64,000 bases of DNA, from NCBI GenBank assembly GCA_964016885.1, contig OZ024740.1:301630001-301694000 (forward strand), in the 5' to 3' direction. The position numbers and the translations under genes were made by a program. Source of the stretch: Eledone cirrhosa. Its lineage: Eukaryota. The notes beneath the pieces were generated by a model. The model saw only the letters and a program-made list of their open reading frames with translations. It ran no database searches and was not told where the DNA came from. Of this stretch, positions 1 through 16,417 are shown one piece after another. How positions within the stretch are numbered: the stretch's first letter is position 1; every line of letters starts with the position of its first letter.

Positions 1-99
1 AAGGGGGGAGCCAGCAGTGCCATAGTCGTTGACGTTTGGCCGGTGGCCGGGTCACTAAGTCAATCTATTTATATCTTTTACTCGCCTCTCCCTTGTCTA

Positions 100-1156
100 G
101 TGATACCGCCACCTTCTCCTTTCTTAAGTTAACAGAAGTAAATGGTGGAATAGTGGTGGTAGCAATGAAGGCGTGGTGGCGGCGGTGATGGGATAGTGGT
201 AGCAATGATGGATGGAGTGGTGGCGGTGGTGACTATAGTGATGGCGTTGTCGTTACTGAGGTTTGTTGAATAGACTGTAGTTTTGTTTGATCTGTGTATC
301 TATGCGTTTGTCGCGTATGTTTAACATATGTGTTGACATATTTTCTTAATATTGGAATTAAACATTTTGTTAAAACTTGAGACAATAATAATAGTATTTA
401 TTATTTTTATGCTGGGATTGGTGGTGGTGGTGGTGAAATTTCCATTATCTGGCTGTTGTATTTAGTGTACACATGGGGGTGATGGTGTAGGTGGTGTATC
501 TAGTTTCTGGTGTTGGTGAAATTGCTGTTATTTGGCTGTTCTATATAGTGTAGACAGAGGGGGTTTTCTTCCATCTATAACCATTTTCTTTTTTGAATAT
601 AAAATGTATAATACAAAATTGAATATTTGAGCGATATAACAATATATTGTGCTCCAGTCGACATTTTACAACTCTTCCTTTCACATTCTGCATTCTCTCA
701 ACAGCTATTCCCAAGTCTATAAACTTTACAATTTTCTCGTGCTCTTTACCATTGAGACAATGGTCTATAGGACAACACATAGCTTACAGAGTTTCTTCGC
801 AGAAGCAACTGTCTAAAATTGATTCGGTTCACTCTACAATCGTGGCCAACCGAGCTCCGGGGTTTTATCTGACCATCATGCTTGGGGTATAAATTTATGT
901 TTGCTGTCGTTTTTTCTCTTAGTGCTATCGGAGCTGCAATATCTCGTTTCGGAGGCGTACCGGCTCTACTCGATCTCCGCACAACGCACTCACTATCGCG
1001 TGACGTTACTATCAGGACCATTCGGAGGAAGCCCCTTTCGCCTACTTGTATTAACGATCGTGTTCTTGCGGTCATTACGCCAGATATATGACTGTAGGTA
1101 AGAGTAGGTTGTAACACCAAATTGAAGTTAGTGACTTTGGCTTTCACACCTACCAC
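100..1156 (-). pseudogene. Degenerate ORF1 (gag-like) of a Tx1/L1-like non-LTR retrotransposon, probably continuing off the left edge
   Basis: Broken minus-strand frames contain KFIDLG...VKGRVVKC, resembling IIDLEEG..SVEGRRPKC in the ORF1s at 14064 and 18033. They are followed on - by a CCA/CAA-rich low-complexity stretch like the ORF1 tails of those elements. Confidence 0.4.
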
Positions 1157-1502
1157 CCTTCTTACTACTGAATGATTACTCTGGTGAATTACTACCCTAG
1201 ATGTTGCAATACTCGCAGTTTATTTCATGAGAAAGACAGAGACGCAGAAAATAGGTTACATAAACGATTAAGAAAAAATAATTTTGTTTATTGTATTATT
1301 GAATTTTTTTGTGAATTCAAATGTTGAATCCATATATTATATAGTATGAACTTTGAGGGAGTTCAAATATTCAGATTTTATCTGAATTAATGAAATCAGT
1401 GATTACAGATAAAATATGGAACAGAATTTAAGAATATGATTTGTGGAATAAACTGAACAAAAAAAAAGTCGTAATTGTTTTTATTTAAACCTAAGATTAG
1501 GC

Positions 1503-1607
1503 TGCTGCAGATAAGGATCGAACTCACAACCCCCGTATTAAATTGTAATGTAGTGTACCAATTGCTGTTTATAAATACGGCGAATTAATCAATTGCACCA
1601 CTGAGGC
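1503..1607 (-). pseudogene. tRNA-Ile(UAU) pseudogene with ~31-nt intron
   Basis: Minus strand reads GCCTCAGTGGTGCAATTGATTAATTCGCCGTATTTATA-[intron ~1569..1539]-ATACGGGGGTTGTGAGTTCGATCCTTATCTGCAGCA. This is colinear with metazoan intron-containing tRNA-Ile-TAT but has stem-breaking substitutions. Confidence 0.8.
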
Positions 1608-2462
1608 GTTGCTTATAATTTGCCTACAGAAATCAATTTGTCTATCACAGGTTTATTCCGTATTCAATGGTATCCCAGAAGATTTCTTTCACATATGGTA
1701 TAGATTAACGCCTATACGAAGAACGACCCGTGAACTAGATTACTAACTTTCTTATTTCTGCTCCTTCTCCACCCGACCCTCCTCCTTCTCATCATCACCA
1801 TTACTTTTAAATATGGTATACAATAACGGGTAAACAATGGTCGACCTGTGGATTAACATAATAAATTACTTATTCCTACTCAGTCCCAATGTCCCGTTCT
1901 CCCCACCGCCTTTTCATTATTTATCCTCCTTTTCTTCCTCCTCCCCTTTGCCGCCCACCTCCTTTTCATTGATTCTTCGTTTTCTCTTCATCAGCATTAT
2001 CATAATTCTTATTATCCCCATCCAGAACTATCTCACATCAGCCATATTCCTCCTCTTACACACACTATCTACTATGTCTTAATCCAAGGTGCCACATTAA
2101 ACGCTGCTGTTTCCCCAATCTTAAGACTTATCGTCTTCTGGAAAAGCACATATATTGAAGCAGGAGCCAATACTTTACTGGGGAAGAAAATTGAGAAGAA
2201 AAAAATATCCACGTTGTATCTGACTGTTTAAAAGTACAACCGTTGTTTGCATTCGTCTCAGAAAAACGGGACGAGACGAAACCTGTTTTTGCGTACCCGT
2301 TACGAAATTATTAATAGTTCTAAGTTATGTTGAACTGAAATCTCCCCCCCCTCTCTCTCTCTCTCTCTCTCTTTCGCACTCTCTTATAAATAATACACTG
2401 CGATGCCACCTAATGGGAGGTAGTTTTCACTTGCTACTTACAGAAGAAGTGTACCGAAATTA

Positions 2463-4290
<1,828 letters not shown>

Positions 4291-4931
4291 TGAGTATGTG
4301 TTTTTTTGTTTTTTTGTTTTTTTGTTTTTCTGTGAATGTGTCTGTTGATTTTTGGCATATAGTTGATTAGTTTAAGAGAAGTTCGAAGATAATAGTAAGA
4401 TATGCACTTAGTATTTTGAATCTGTCTGCAGAATTCTCTAGACCTTTGTCACTTAGTAGAACCTTAATGACTTTAACTTTTAAAGAATCTCCCTTTTCTT
4501 TAATTCTATCGACCATGACTGACCCCCCACTGACTTTATAGACATCTGTTAGCTTAAGTGAAACTTATTGACAAGGAATGGTATGCCATTCGGAACCTGT
4601 TTATAGAATTCTGTCTGCCTTTGTTACTCTAAAAACATAAATAAATATAAATAAAAATAAAAATAAACTATAGCTTTGTAGAATTAGCTTTTAATGAATT
4701 CCCTTTTCTATCAACCAATGACCTGCGCCCATCCCACTCCCCACCCTCTCCTACCACTTGTAGAGACCTATAAATACCATATTTATTTTTTGATACCCAG
4801 ATTCCTGATGATTTCTAATGAATGAAACAGTTCTAGTCCTGTAGAATCTCTTCTATACTAAAACTGTTATACTCTGCTATGTATTGAGTACCTTACTTAC
4901 TGTGGTTACCTCCGATTCAACCCGGAATAAC

Positions 4932-5400
<469 letters not shown>

Positions 5401-5401
5401 C

Positions 5402-5697
<296 letters not shown>

Positions 5698-7136
5698 TTA
5701 AAGGTTCGATACCCATTCGTACATGAGTGTAAAATGTTTAACTTACTTCCAGAATGTTGTAATTAAAAAGCTATTATTGAATATGCAAGCACGGCATCGA
5801 AGATCCGCATGATATTCCTGTGTTATAGAAAAATATGCATATTTAATTTTATTCAGAGACGTCACTTCATAACCGCAATCAATTTCGGTCTACATACATT
5901 ACTGTTTCTCACTATCCCTACTTTTTTTTATTTCAGTGTATCTATCTGTCCAACACTGAATATTCTTATTACGTTTCAAAGTGATATATTTTAGAAAACT
6001 GATTATATTTTTTTCAATTCACAATTCATTCATTTTACGTAACTTGCTTTCCTTCACATTCTCTATTAAGGTCATTTGAGAAATCTTTCTTACAATAAAT
6101 TTGCTTCATATTCAATTGAATCTGTACAAGCAAACCATGACATAAGAAAATCGAGATTGCTTTAAAAAAAGTTACGAATGTAGTGCCATTTTCCATATCA
6201 GTAGCGCAGTAGATTATGATAATTCTGTTGATAGTGAAATCCTATCTGACAATATTCCAGGTTCTTACTCACAGTTATTGGTTTATATTATAATCATTAG
6301 GATACGTACTGAGATTTTTAAATGTTTCCGTCTTTTAAGAAATTGGGAGTCTCAATTTATACGTTATATATATTATGCAATATATATTACGAATCTACTG
6401 CGTAGTCTATCTACGAACGCACTAATCATTACCTTTTCTCAATATAACATATTATAATTCCAGTAATTTCACACACCTGTTTAATACTGAAAATGTTAGA
6501 TATACTGTTTCAAGGTTACATTTCAAACATATCGTCTGCAACTGGATAGTGGAAACAAAGGTTTAGACAACATCATTATGTTCACAATGAAACAAAAATA
6601 TCCTAACAATGAAAAGGCAATGCATCGAAGTCGATTGCAAATGCTTTACCCTATTCTATAAATGAATTGCTTTATATAAAATATGTTTCTTTACTAAACT
6701 GAAAAAATCCCTATTGTTTCACTATAAAGCACAACGTTATTTAATATTATACAGAATTAGTTCAACAAAGTACCATAATTTATTTATTTAATGCCTCACA
6801 AACTAACGTAATGAAATAATGGGAACCTTGGGTATTTGACATTCTCATATATATTCTATATTATATATTTAATTAGGTTGATTCCCCGAAATAGAAAACA
6901 ATGTCATACATATATTTTGAATCTAGGGTATCTCCGTTGTCAAGATGGAACCTTAATTTGTTTAATTTCACTTCAATCTGTTCTTCTTAAAACTCAATAA
7001 CAATTCAGTATATTTTCTTGAAAAGCAATATTACAAGTTTTCATTCAATTATCTATGATACTTAACACGATGAAATATTGATGACAAATTACGCCTGTAT
7101 GTGTTCGCGTTTGCCTGTTTGTAGGTTTGAAGGTGC

Positions 7137-7321
<185 letters not shown>

Positions 7322-7356
7322 ATGATAGTCACTTCATTATTAGGAGGGCCACCAAG

Positions 7357-7521
7357 GGCGGTGGATTGGCAGTATCAGAGAGCCGCATGCCATGCTTTGC
7401 AGCATAGAGTTATGGTCCTTTATAATCTGAGTTCAAATCCTGCAGAGGTTAACTTTGTCTTTCATCCTCACGGGGTCGATAAAATAAAGTACCAGTAACG
7501 GGCTGGGGTCGATTAAATCAA
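7357..7521 (+). mobile_element. tRNA-derived SINE (octopus-type family)
   Basis: A-box-like TGGCAGTATCAG, B-box GAGTTCAAATCC, then CTTTCATCCT..GGGGTCGATAAAATAAAGTACCAG. A second copy lies at 60102-60278 (-). Confidence 0.8.
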
Positions 7522-7630
7522 TTGTATGAAAAAATCTGGAGATCGCATATGTGCTGAGGGCAGAAATGATATGCTTAAATATTATCTCTACAAATAATAT
7601 ATATATATATATATATAAATATATATATAT

Positions 7631-7907
7631 ATATTAACAAATGGAAACTATATTTATAAAACCATATTTATTCAATTATACATATTCAAGGGCCACCAAG
7701 GCAAACTATGGTGCGCTTTCATCAGATAAAATATAATATAAGTTAGTTTTATAAATAAATATTGACATACCCTGAAAAAATGCAACCATTCTGGTTGGAA
7801 TCTTCTGGATAGTGGAGTTATTAGATTTATCGTTGCCTTGGTGGCCCTTGAAATATATATAATGAAATAAATATGGTCTTATAAATATAGTTTCCATTTG
7901 TTAATAT
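7631..7907. mobile_element. Inverted-repeat Penelope-like pLTR relic with hammerhead-like core
   Basis: Arms 7631-7704 and 7833-7907, next to (TA)n. Minus strand CTGATGA...GCACC...GGTGGCCCTT-GAATATGTA; a related copy is at 38640-38730. Confidence 0.6.
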
Positions 7908-8440
7908 ATTGTATATCTACTCCAATAATTTGTTGAGTGCTTTATATCAGTTAGAAAAATATTTTGCTTGTTGTATCCCAACAAATTAAATATAACCTCT
8001 ACATATATATATGTATATAGGCATGTATGCGTATGCATGTATATTACAGCTTTACTTGCATAAATAGGTATATACATTTCTTATCTTATTTTATTTTTAA
8101 CAAATTAACGTTTAATGCTCATATTATCTTGCATTCAACTTACCTTATATTCCTTCAATCCTCCTACTAATTTGAGAATATAAAATGAATAATGCAAGAA
8201 CCTCCATTTCAAACACTTTAAGCCAACAATTCATGACAGGCATGTTTTTCTATGCGCCACGTATTTGCGATTAGAAACTAAACTATATAAATATTTTATT
8301 TCAAGATCAATATTATCATTAAGCTAGTGTATTTATTATGCACAGAAAATAGGGAGACAGAATTTATATTTCGTTTACTTAATTATAATATATTGTAGCA
8401 TGTGAGAAAATGTTCTTAACTTATATTATTATTATTACAG

Positions 8441-10660
8441 TTGCATTTATCTGGCTTTATGTTCATACGAGTTATCACCAAGTCACAACCAGTGACCTCA
8501 AGAGACAACAAGGTCCGCCATGTTCAAGAAAGAACATACATACTCACACATGCATCTTAAGTGTTTAGACTTGTGATGTACTTATATTGACAGAATCTTC
8601 CTTAGTATATGGGCAGTTCCCATTAGTACTATCTTTTGTATTTCTCCTATACGCGGGTTTCCTGGGATTTGCTATAAGTAATCATTAGACCCCTTAGGTA
8701 TCATTCCCAGAGCGCCTACAACCACTGGTATTGTTTTAGTTCTCAATTTCCACATTTTTCCAATTTCTATCTCCAGGTCCTTATGCTTGCTCAATTTTTC
8801 AAATGTTTTTATAGATACATTCTTGTCTATTGGAACAGACATATCAATTAACAGGCATACCCTCTTTTTAAAGTCCTTCAATATTATATCAGGTATATTT
8901 GCATCTATTTTTCGGTCTGTTTGAGTGCTAAAGATCCACAAGATTGAGATGTGATCTTTGTCAAGTATGGAGGGGGTGGATGCTCCCACCAATTCTTTTG
9001 ATGGGGCAGGTCAAAATGCTTACACATTATCCAATGTATGTATTGTGCAGCTCTGTCATGCCTGTTTAGGTATTCGGTTGGAGCTATAGGACTGCACATT
9101 GAAATTATATGGTCGATGGTCTCTGGTTGTTTTTTGCATACACGGCATAATGGGCTGAATTCATTTTTTATTATGTTGGCTTGGTAATTTTTTGTTGGCA
9201 GACACTGATCTTGTGCTGATATAATCAGTCCTTCAGTCTCCGATTTCAGTCCAGAGGATGCCAACCACTGATGGGTTAAAGTTTTGTCAACATCAGGATT
9301 GTTAGCTCGTTCTGGGTATTTTCCATACAGAGGCTTTTCTTGCCATTTCTTAGCCAGTTTCTGTAGCAGTTCTTACTTTGCAGTTACTTTTACCTGCTTT
9401 GCTTTTTCTGTGTTTTCCATTTCAGCAGTAAATGGGACTTCTGAAATGTGTAGTCCATTACTGTATCTTTGTGCATCTTTTGTAATGGAGTATGATCTTT
9501 TGATGCTTTCGTGTTTCAAAACGAGTTTGATCATCCAATCATGTGATTCCCTTAGATATGTAGATAATCCAATTGTTGCAGTTCTCAACGCAATGTCTAA
9601 CTGGATTAACCCACGTCCTCCTTCTTTCCTAGGGAGATATATTCTATCTGTATCTGCCTTAGGGTGATGCATTCTGTGCATGGTTAAGAATTTTCGAATT
9701 TTTGTATCGAGCCTACGGATCTCTGTGCTTGACCAGTTGATGACATTGTAACTGTAGGTTACTACTGGTATGGCAAGCGTGTTTATGGCATCGATCCTAT
9801 TCCTTGCATTCAATTCCGTTCTTAAGATTGCTCTTACTCTGCGGTAACATTCCTTCCTTATCCTTTCCCTCATTGTCGAATGCTTGATTCCGTCTCCTTC
9901 ACAAACACCTAGATATTTGTAAGTTTCCTCTTGATCAAGTTCTCTTATCACATTCCCTCGATCAAGATTAATGTCTGAACTCTTCAGGAGCTTTCCTCTG
10001 GTGAACGTTGCTTTGGCGCATTCATCTAGTCCAAACTCCATTTTAATGTCATCACTGAACTGCTCCGCAGTGGATAATAGCCCTTGCAATTGTTCATCAT
10101 TTTTTGCAAATAGTTTCAGGTCATCCATGTAAAACAAGTGATTAATGGTTTTGTCATAGACTTTATATCCATGTTTTGTTTCATTGATCATTTTACTTAA
10201 TGGTATAAGTGCGATGCAGAATAAAAGCGGTGAAAAATTCCACAATTAATATTAACTTCTCCAGCTTCCAGTGATTTTGTTACATTATTCAAAAGGAGTG
10301 TAGTTTTCCATGTCTTCATACTGAATGACAAAAACCTCCTGACAACGGGGGATATTTTGAAAATCTCTAAACATTTTTCAATCCAACTGTGTGGCAAACT
10401 ATCGAATGCTTTTTTATAATCTATCCAAGCAATTGATAGATGTTTGTGTCTATTACGACAATCTTCCAGTATCATTTTGTTAACCAAAAGCTGATCCTTA
10501 CAGCCATATGAGCCTCGTTTACACCCTTTCTGCTTAATGGGAAATAGGTCATTTGTTATCACGTGGTCATATGTATATTCAGTTAGGACTGATGTTAAAA
10601 TTGTATACATTGTGGTCAAGCAAGTTATCGGTCTGTAATTTTGGGGATTGTTTGTCTCAT
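8441..10660 (-). mobile_element. 5'-truncated R4/Dong-like RLE non-LTR retrotransposon, family A copy 1 (frameshifted/stopped)
   Basis: RT motifs NYRPITCL, IAWIDYKKAFDS, HLFYMDDLKLF, YKYLG; CCHC CRVCKKQPETIDHIISMC; RLE motifs RHD, PDIILKD, LIDMSVP. The 3' end abuts (AAT)n. Confidence 0.93.
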
Positions 10661-10670
10661 AATGAAATCA

Positions 10671-10756
10671 TTCTTCTTCTTCTTCTTCTTCTTCTTCTTC
10701 TTCTTCTTCTTCTTCTTCTTCTTCTTCTTCTTCTTCTTCTTCTTCTTCTTCTTCTT
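10671..10756. repeat. (TTC)n microsatellite separating elements A1 and B1
   Basis: Directly visible, ~29 units. Confidence 0.98.
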
Positions 10757-13036
10757 TTCGGGGGGAAGCGGCGGGCCGGAACTGGGAATGGACTTTAGTG
10801 CCTACCTCGACGGACTGCCGCGGCTCTCGGCCACTGAGGCGGAGTGTTGCGAAAGAAAAGCCGATAACAGCAGCTGAAGTACGGAGTCAATGACTGGCTG
10901 CACAAGGGGTAAATCGCCTGGTTTGGCTGGTCTGCCCTATGAACTTTACGTACATATGCCAGACTTGTTCGGAGGCCTCTTGGCGGACTTTTACTGCAAC
11001 TAGCAACATAACGAGAGAATTCCCAGCTCTGTGAGCTGAGGAGCGGTGGCGCTGCTGAGAAAGGATCCGAACAAGGGGATAACAATTTCAGGCCCATAAC
11101 TCTGATAAACACAGAGTTCATGATTTTGGCCAAGGTGATAGCAAAGAGGTTGGCGCTTGTCGTTGGTGGTCTGGTAGGAGAGTCGCAGACATGCGCCATT
11201 CCAAACAGATCCATTCACAACAACCTGCACCTCATGCGATACATCGTGGATAGGGTAGCTAGGGAACCTGGCACGGGTGTGTCCTTGATTAATTTAGATC
11301 AGTCGAAAGCTTTCAATAGGGTCGACCAGTACTTAGGGCGGCTGACTTTGGGCCCGTCTTCAGAGGCTGGATCTCTGCCATGCCTAGCGACATCTGCTCT
11401 GTCGTGAGAGTGAACGGTCACCTTTCGGAAACCTTCAACATCATGCACTCGGTCCGCCAATGATGTCCTCTCTCGTCCCTCTTGTATGTACTGACCCTCG
11501 AGTCATTACTGCACAAATTGTATACGTTGGGGGCTGGGGTCCCGCACGAACTAGGATGCGGAAGATCCGTGTCGGCATATGAGACGAGGTCACCGTAGTG
11601 GTGTCGAAGGCCAAACACATCGAGTCGATCGGCACCACACTAAGAGAATACGAAGCGGTGACAGGAACAAAGATCAACCAGGAAAAGTCGGTTCCCTCAC
11701 CCAGAAATGGGCAGAGAGGAAGCTATCCCTGAAAGGTCGAGCGGAGATGGCGAATGCGTACACCGCGTCCGTCATCTACTACCGCCTGATCGTCGTGCCT
11801 TGTCCTAAGCCTCGCCTGACTGAACTGGAGCGTTTGCTCTTTCGCTTTTTGTGGAAGGGAGGCGCCCCAATCATCAGGCGGCCCATCTGCTGACAACACA
11901 CGCTACATGGAGCGCTGGGAATGCCGTGGCTGATGATGCACAGACACGCATTCAAGCTACGACATCTCTACCTCTTCCTCGACAGTGATCAGGTTGGTCG
12001 CCGTTTGCTAGACTCGTCTTTCCCCAGCTCGTCTCCTTGACGGAGCTGCAGTCCTGGGCCAATCGAGGACCGAGAGGGAGCGCTTGGAGACTGGAATGTC
12101 TTCAGGCGCTCACGGCCCTCGACGAGTCGGTCAATATGATCGGTGGAAACTCCACCTTGGCGTTCGATAGAGGATTAGTGGACGGTAAGACGACGACATA
12201 CTTGGGGAAACTCTAGGTGTCGACGAAAATCAACTAGACAATCTCTCCGGAAGAACTTTCGGGCCGTGGCCTATGGACAATTTCCAGAAATCCCTGGCCT
12301 GGCAGTGCTACCAAGGAGCTTTGCCAGATCGAGGTAAGCTCTACAGCTGACGAGGTAAGCCGGCAGCCAGGCATGTCCAAGATGCGAGCAGGGCGACGAA
12401 ATCGTCCTGCATGAACTCGTCTAGTATCCGAGCATTGCTGACTTGTGGGTTTATGTCGAATACCTGCTGTCGCGTGTAGAACGGATCCGGCTATCAGCTA
12501 AGTCCATCGTGAGGATTGCTCCGCCCTCTTCCTTTAACCGGGAAGGGCAGGAAGTTTTTTATCTGCCCGGTGGCCATGGCGAAAGAGATAGTATGGTCTG
12601 AAAGGGCTGCAGACAAGTAATTAGCTCTTTGGTGATGCCCTGATTAACCTGTTCAAATTTCATTTGAAAAGGAAAAACAGGGTAGAGTGGGAAGTGCTCT
12701 CTTCCCAGCTTTTTGTTGAAAGATAGGTGAGAGAGGCACGAATGGCCCCAGAGAAAGGACTACTCTGAGTATATGCCTGTAACTTGAAGGTGGAAAACTG
12801 GTAGACGGCACTTGCCCTGGTGGTCAGGGTCGCCGTGACTATTTTTTATGGGCTTTATCCACGATGGCCCTCGGAAGTCCCCCCTTGATAGGGGAATTTT
12901 TCGTTGTTCTTCTTTTGTTACAACCTCTGTTTTTTGTTTTTTTACACGCAGAAATGCCCATTTGTACCGTCCTGTATTGTCCTGTACTGTCCTTAATGTC
13001 TACTTTGTGTAAATGCTTGTGGTTAATAAAGAACGC
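10757..13036 (+). mobile_element. 5'-truncated, degenerate Tx1-like (L1 clade) element B1 (RT to 3' UTR)
   Basis: KSPGLAGLP, ILAKVIAKRL, INLDQSKAFNRV, KWAERKLSLKGR; 3' end TGTGGTTAATAAAGAACGC followed by ATTATTAT. Closest to B4. Confidence 0.92.
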
Positions 13037-13253
13037 ATTATTATCGGTCTGTTCGGACGCTCTTTGCTCGCTCACAGTATGTCGCTTTATTTGCATGTTA
13101 AAATTATTTGTTGTTACATATTTCTGTTTGTGTAAGGGATATAAGCCCTTAGATTTTGCCCTGTGAAAAGGGGAAAGTAAAATATGTGGGCCCTTTGCCC
13201 CAAATATTGGAATATTTTACTTTTAAAAAAAAATTGTTTAGATAAAAAAAAAC

Positions 13254-15217
13254 ATGGCTGAGCCACGTCCCCAGCAATATGTCTGCTGTCGACTGACAAT
13301 GGCGTAAAAGTTGAGAGGACGGTTACAAAGATTGTTACAGCAGACACCACCACAAACAACGTGAACAAAGACAACACTGAGAACATTAATTTTGACACCA
13401 ACTACAACAATAACAACGTCAACCAAAATACAGACAACAGAAAACATTGACAACAAATGCAACAACGATATTAACACCACTAACAAGAAAATAAACAACG
13501 ACAACACCAACAGCAACAATACAAATTGCACCAAAAACAACGACAACGGTGGCACCAAAAACCCAATCAACTAAAATATTGATAACAGCAACAACACCAT
13601 CAACACCGTTTGTAGCAGTAGCAACAGCAACTGCACCAATAAAAAGAGCAGTATCAGCAGTAGCGGCAGCAATAATGGTGCCTCTGAAAAAAAGGGCCAC
13701 ACTTTCGCAGGTGTGGCCCGAAATATAGAGACAGTGCTAGTCACGGATGAGGAGATGGCATTCGTAAGAGCCATGGTGTCGGGAGACGACAACAGAGTTT
13801 CCCTGAAACCTCCACCCGATTTCTTCAAAGACCAGAAACTGTGCACGGTGACTTACCGCGCCGTAAGCAAAATGTCACATCGGGTGGAGAGAGCCACGGA
13901 GGCTCAAATCCGAAAGGCACGCAAAACCCACATCACCCGATCCAGAAAGTGCGCCACAGTAGACGTACTTTTCGTCACCCTCCAAGAGGCAAAGTCTCAC
14001 TCTTTGGAAATCCTAAAGAGTAAGGAGATATTCTTGGTGCCCTTCTAATGCGGGCAGAAAATTGTGAGAGTCAAAGTGATCCAGGTCCCGCCCGACGTGT
14101 CCATACCTTGGCTGGCCGCGTCTGTACTGGCTGGAATCGAGGGGAGGACCACCATACTGCAAGTACAGAGAATGGGAAGAGAGAACTGGTCAGGAATAGG
14201 CAGGAAAATGCTAATACAGACTGACCAGGAGTGCATCGAGGCCATCCCAGACATCATAGACCTCGAAGAAGGGCTCCAACTCCCTATAAGCGTGGAAGGA
14301 AGGCGCCCAAAGTGCTATCTCTGTGGGCAAAAGAGTCACCTCAGGGCCTTCTGCCCGCAGAAGACATCCAAGAAGAGGGCCAGCCTGCTTCCGACGCCTG
14401 ATCCGCTGCTACCGAGAGCAGGGCAGGCAACATAGGCAGAAGGCTCTTCCATGGTGAGCAGGATGGCAACGGCCGTGGCACCCATACCAAGACCACGGAC
14501 AACTAAAGCAGCGGCAGCAGTGGCGCCAACACCAACAGTCGCAGTAGCTACGCCGGCGGTAAAATCGCCAGAGTGGGCTCCACTACCACCACTAACAGCA
14601 GTGGAGCTAATACCCCTGCCGGACGCCGCAGAGTCCGACATGGAGTGTGAGGCGGGAGGGAAGTGGCAAACGGTCTGCAACAAAAGACAAAAAAGAAAAA
14701 AAAACCTTAGCTTCACCCTCCAAAAGCGAAAGCACGCAAATAGGGCTAAAGGCTGCAAGGAGACTTGCAGCAACACCACCACTAGAAGCATCACCAGCAA
14801 CAACAACCACACCACCACCAGCATCACCAAAAACACCATCAACGCAAACACAACAAGACACACACACCCAGCAGCAACAACAAGAAACAACAACAAAATC
14901 GCCCTTGCCCCCAAAAGTTACGCAGCCATAAACATGGCAAATAGAGAACTCCTACAACATATAAAGCATCTACACAGACATCACAGAAAAAAAACTACTA
15001 CACCCCGCCAACACCAAGAACTCTCCCGACAAACATAAGCATCATTGAAATCTCAATAGAACATTACACATTTTTAAAGCAAAAATTCACCAACGCAGTA
15101 GGAGACTCCAGAGGGTCGGTTACCAAGATCATATACACCGACATCCTCTTCGAAACAGCCATGACCAGCCAAAGGAACGGATCTACTGTCCATTCCCCAA
15201 ACGATCAAATTAAGTGA
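13254..15217 (+). pseudogene. B2 ORF1 (Asn/Thr-rich N-terminus, RRM-like region, CCHC knuckle), disrupted
   Basis: CYLCGQKSHLRAFC = CX2CX4HX4C; several stops and frameshifts. Confidence 0.85.
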
Positions 15218-15248
15218 TGCTCTCTCACTTCCCCAGTTCTCATCTAAC

Positions 15249-16417
15249 ATGGCCGTACTTATAGGCAGTATAAATGTACGTGGCCTGGGGTCATCTTGGA
15301 AGCAGGATCACCTGCTCAACGACCTCAGGTCACTAAACATAGATATCGTGGCCTTCAGCGAGACCAGAATCTCCGAGGCACGAGCCTTCGCACCGATCTA
15401 CGGCGGCTACGATGTATACGCATCACCCAGCCGTCCAGGATCGGTGGAGGGGTTGCCCTGCTTTTCAGAGAGGCTTGGATCTCGCGATACGGGCCATCTT
15501 CCTGGACCCAGAAGGTTAGTCGGTGGTGTTGGACATGACCGGCAGCGAAGGCAATGCTTTCAGGCTAGTAGCCGTCTACGCCCCAACAGAGGCAGGACGG
15601 CCAGATTTCTTCAGACGTCTAGAGACCTTTCTTGGAACGTCCCGCTGTTTAGTGTTAGTGGGCGACTGGAACGTTATCTTAGATGCACGCTGGGATTAGA
15701 AGGTTGTAAAAGCCTCAACAAACTGATCAGACGTTTTGAACTCTCAGACATTATACGAATGTGCCAATGTGGGCATGGGCAAACTCCATCGGGTCATCCA
15801 GATCGTATTTAGATAGGGAATTATGTAAGGAAACTTATAAAGCTAGTGAAGGTTGTCCACAATTTAAAGTAGTCGACTACACGGACCGCAAATTTGTGAC
15901 CTGTGAAGTTGACTTAGATAAACCCAATGGGCAAGGACCCGGTTACAGGAAATCGAACACGTTGTTTTCGGTGCGGAAAGCTTACAGATACCGGATTAGC
16001 GAATTAGTTAAGCGTGCGTTGACGGGTGCTATCGTCTATAACATGTGGTGGTTTACCTGAAAAGGGCTATTAGAGTAGAATCGATAAGGTTTAGCAAAGC
16101 AGTAGTGTTAGAGAAATATAGAGTAGAGGGAGAGTTAGATAGAAAGCTAGAAGAGGCGTTTAGGACAGGCATCGCAACCGACGTGCTTGCTCGAGATTGA
16201 TTGCGCGAAAGAGATTGTGTGGTGGACAAGATTGAAAGGGTTGAAGACGGACACTTTCCTCTCCAGCCAATCACTGATTACCTTTTTCAAGTTTCACTTG
16301 AAGAGGAAAATCAGGGTGGAGAGGCAAGTGTTGTCTTCTATTAAGTTTGTTGAAAGGTGGGTGAAAGTGGCGAGTCTGGTCCCAGTGAACGGGCCCGCTC
16401 TGAGTATACGCCTGTAG
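15249..16417 (+). pseudogene. B2 ORF2 remnant (APE endonuclease fused to C-terminus)
   Basis: GSINVRGL, AFSET, SYLDR, YTDRKFV motifs; RT absent. Confidence 0.85.

Noticed and set aside
1503-1607. Functional tRNA
   Set aside because: Acceptor, D and anticodon stems carry multiple mismatches.
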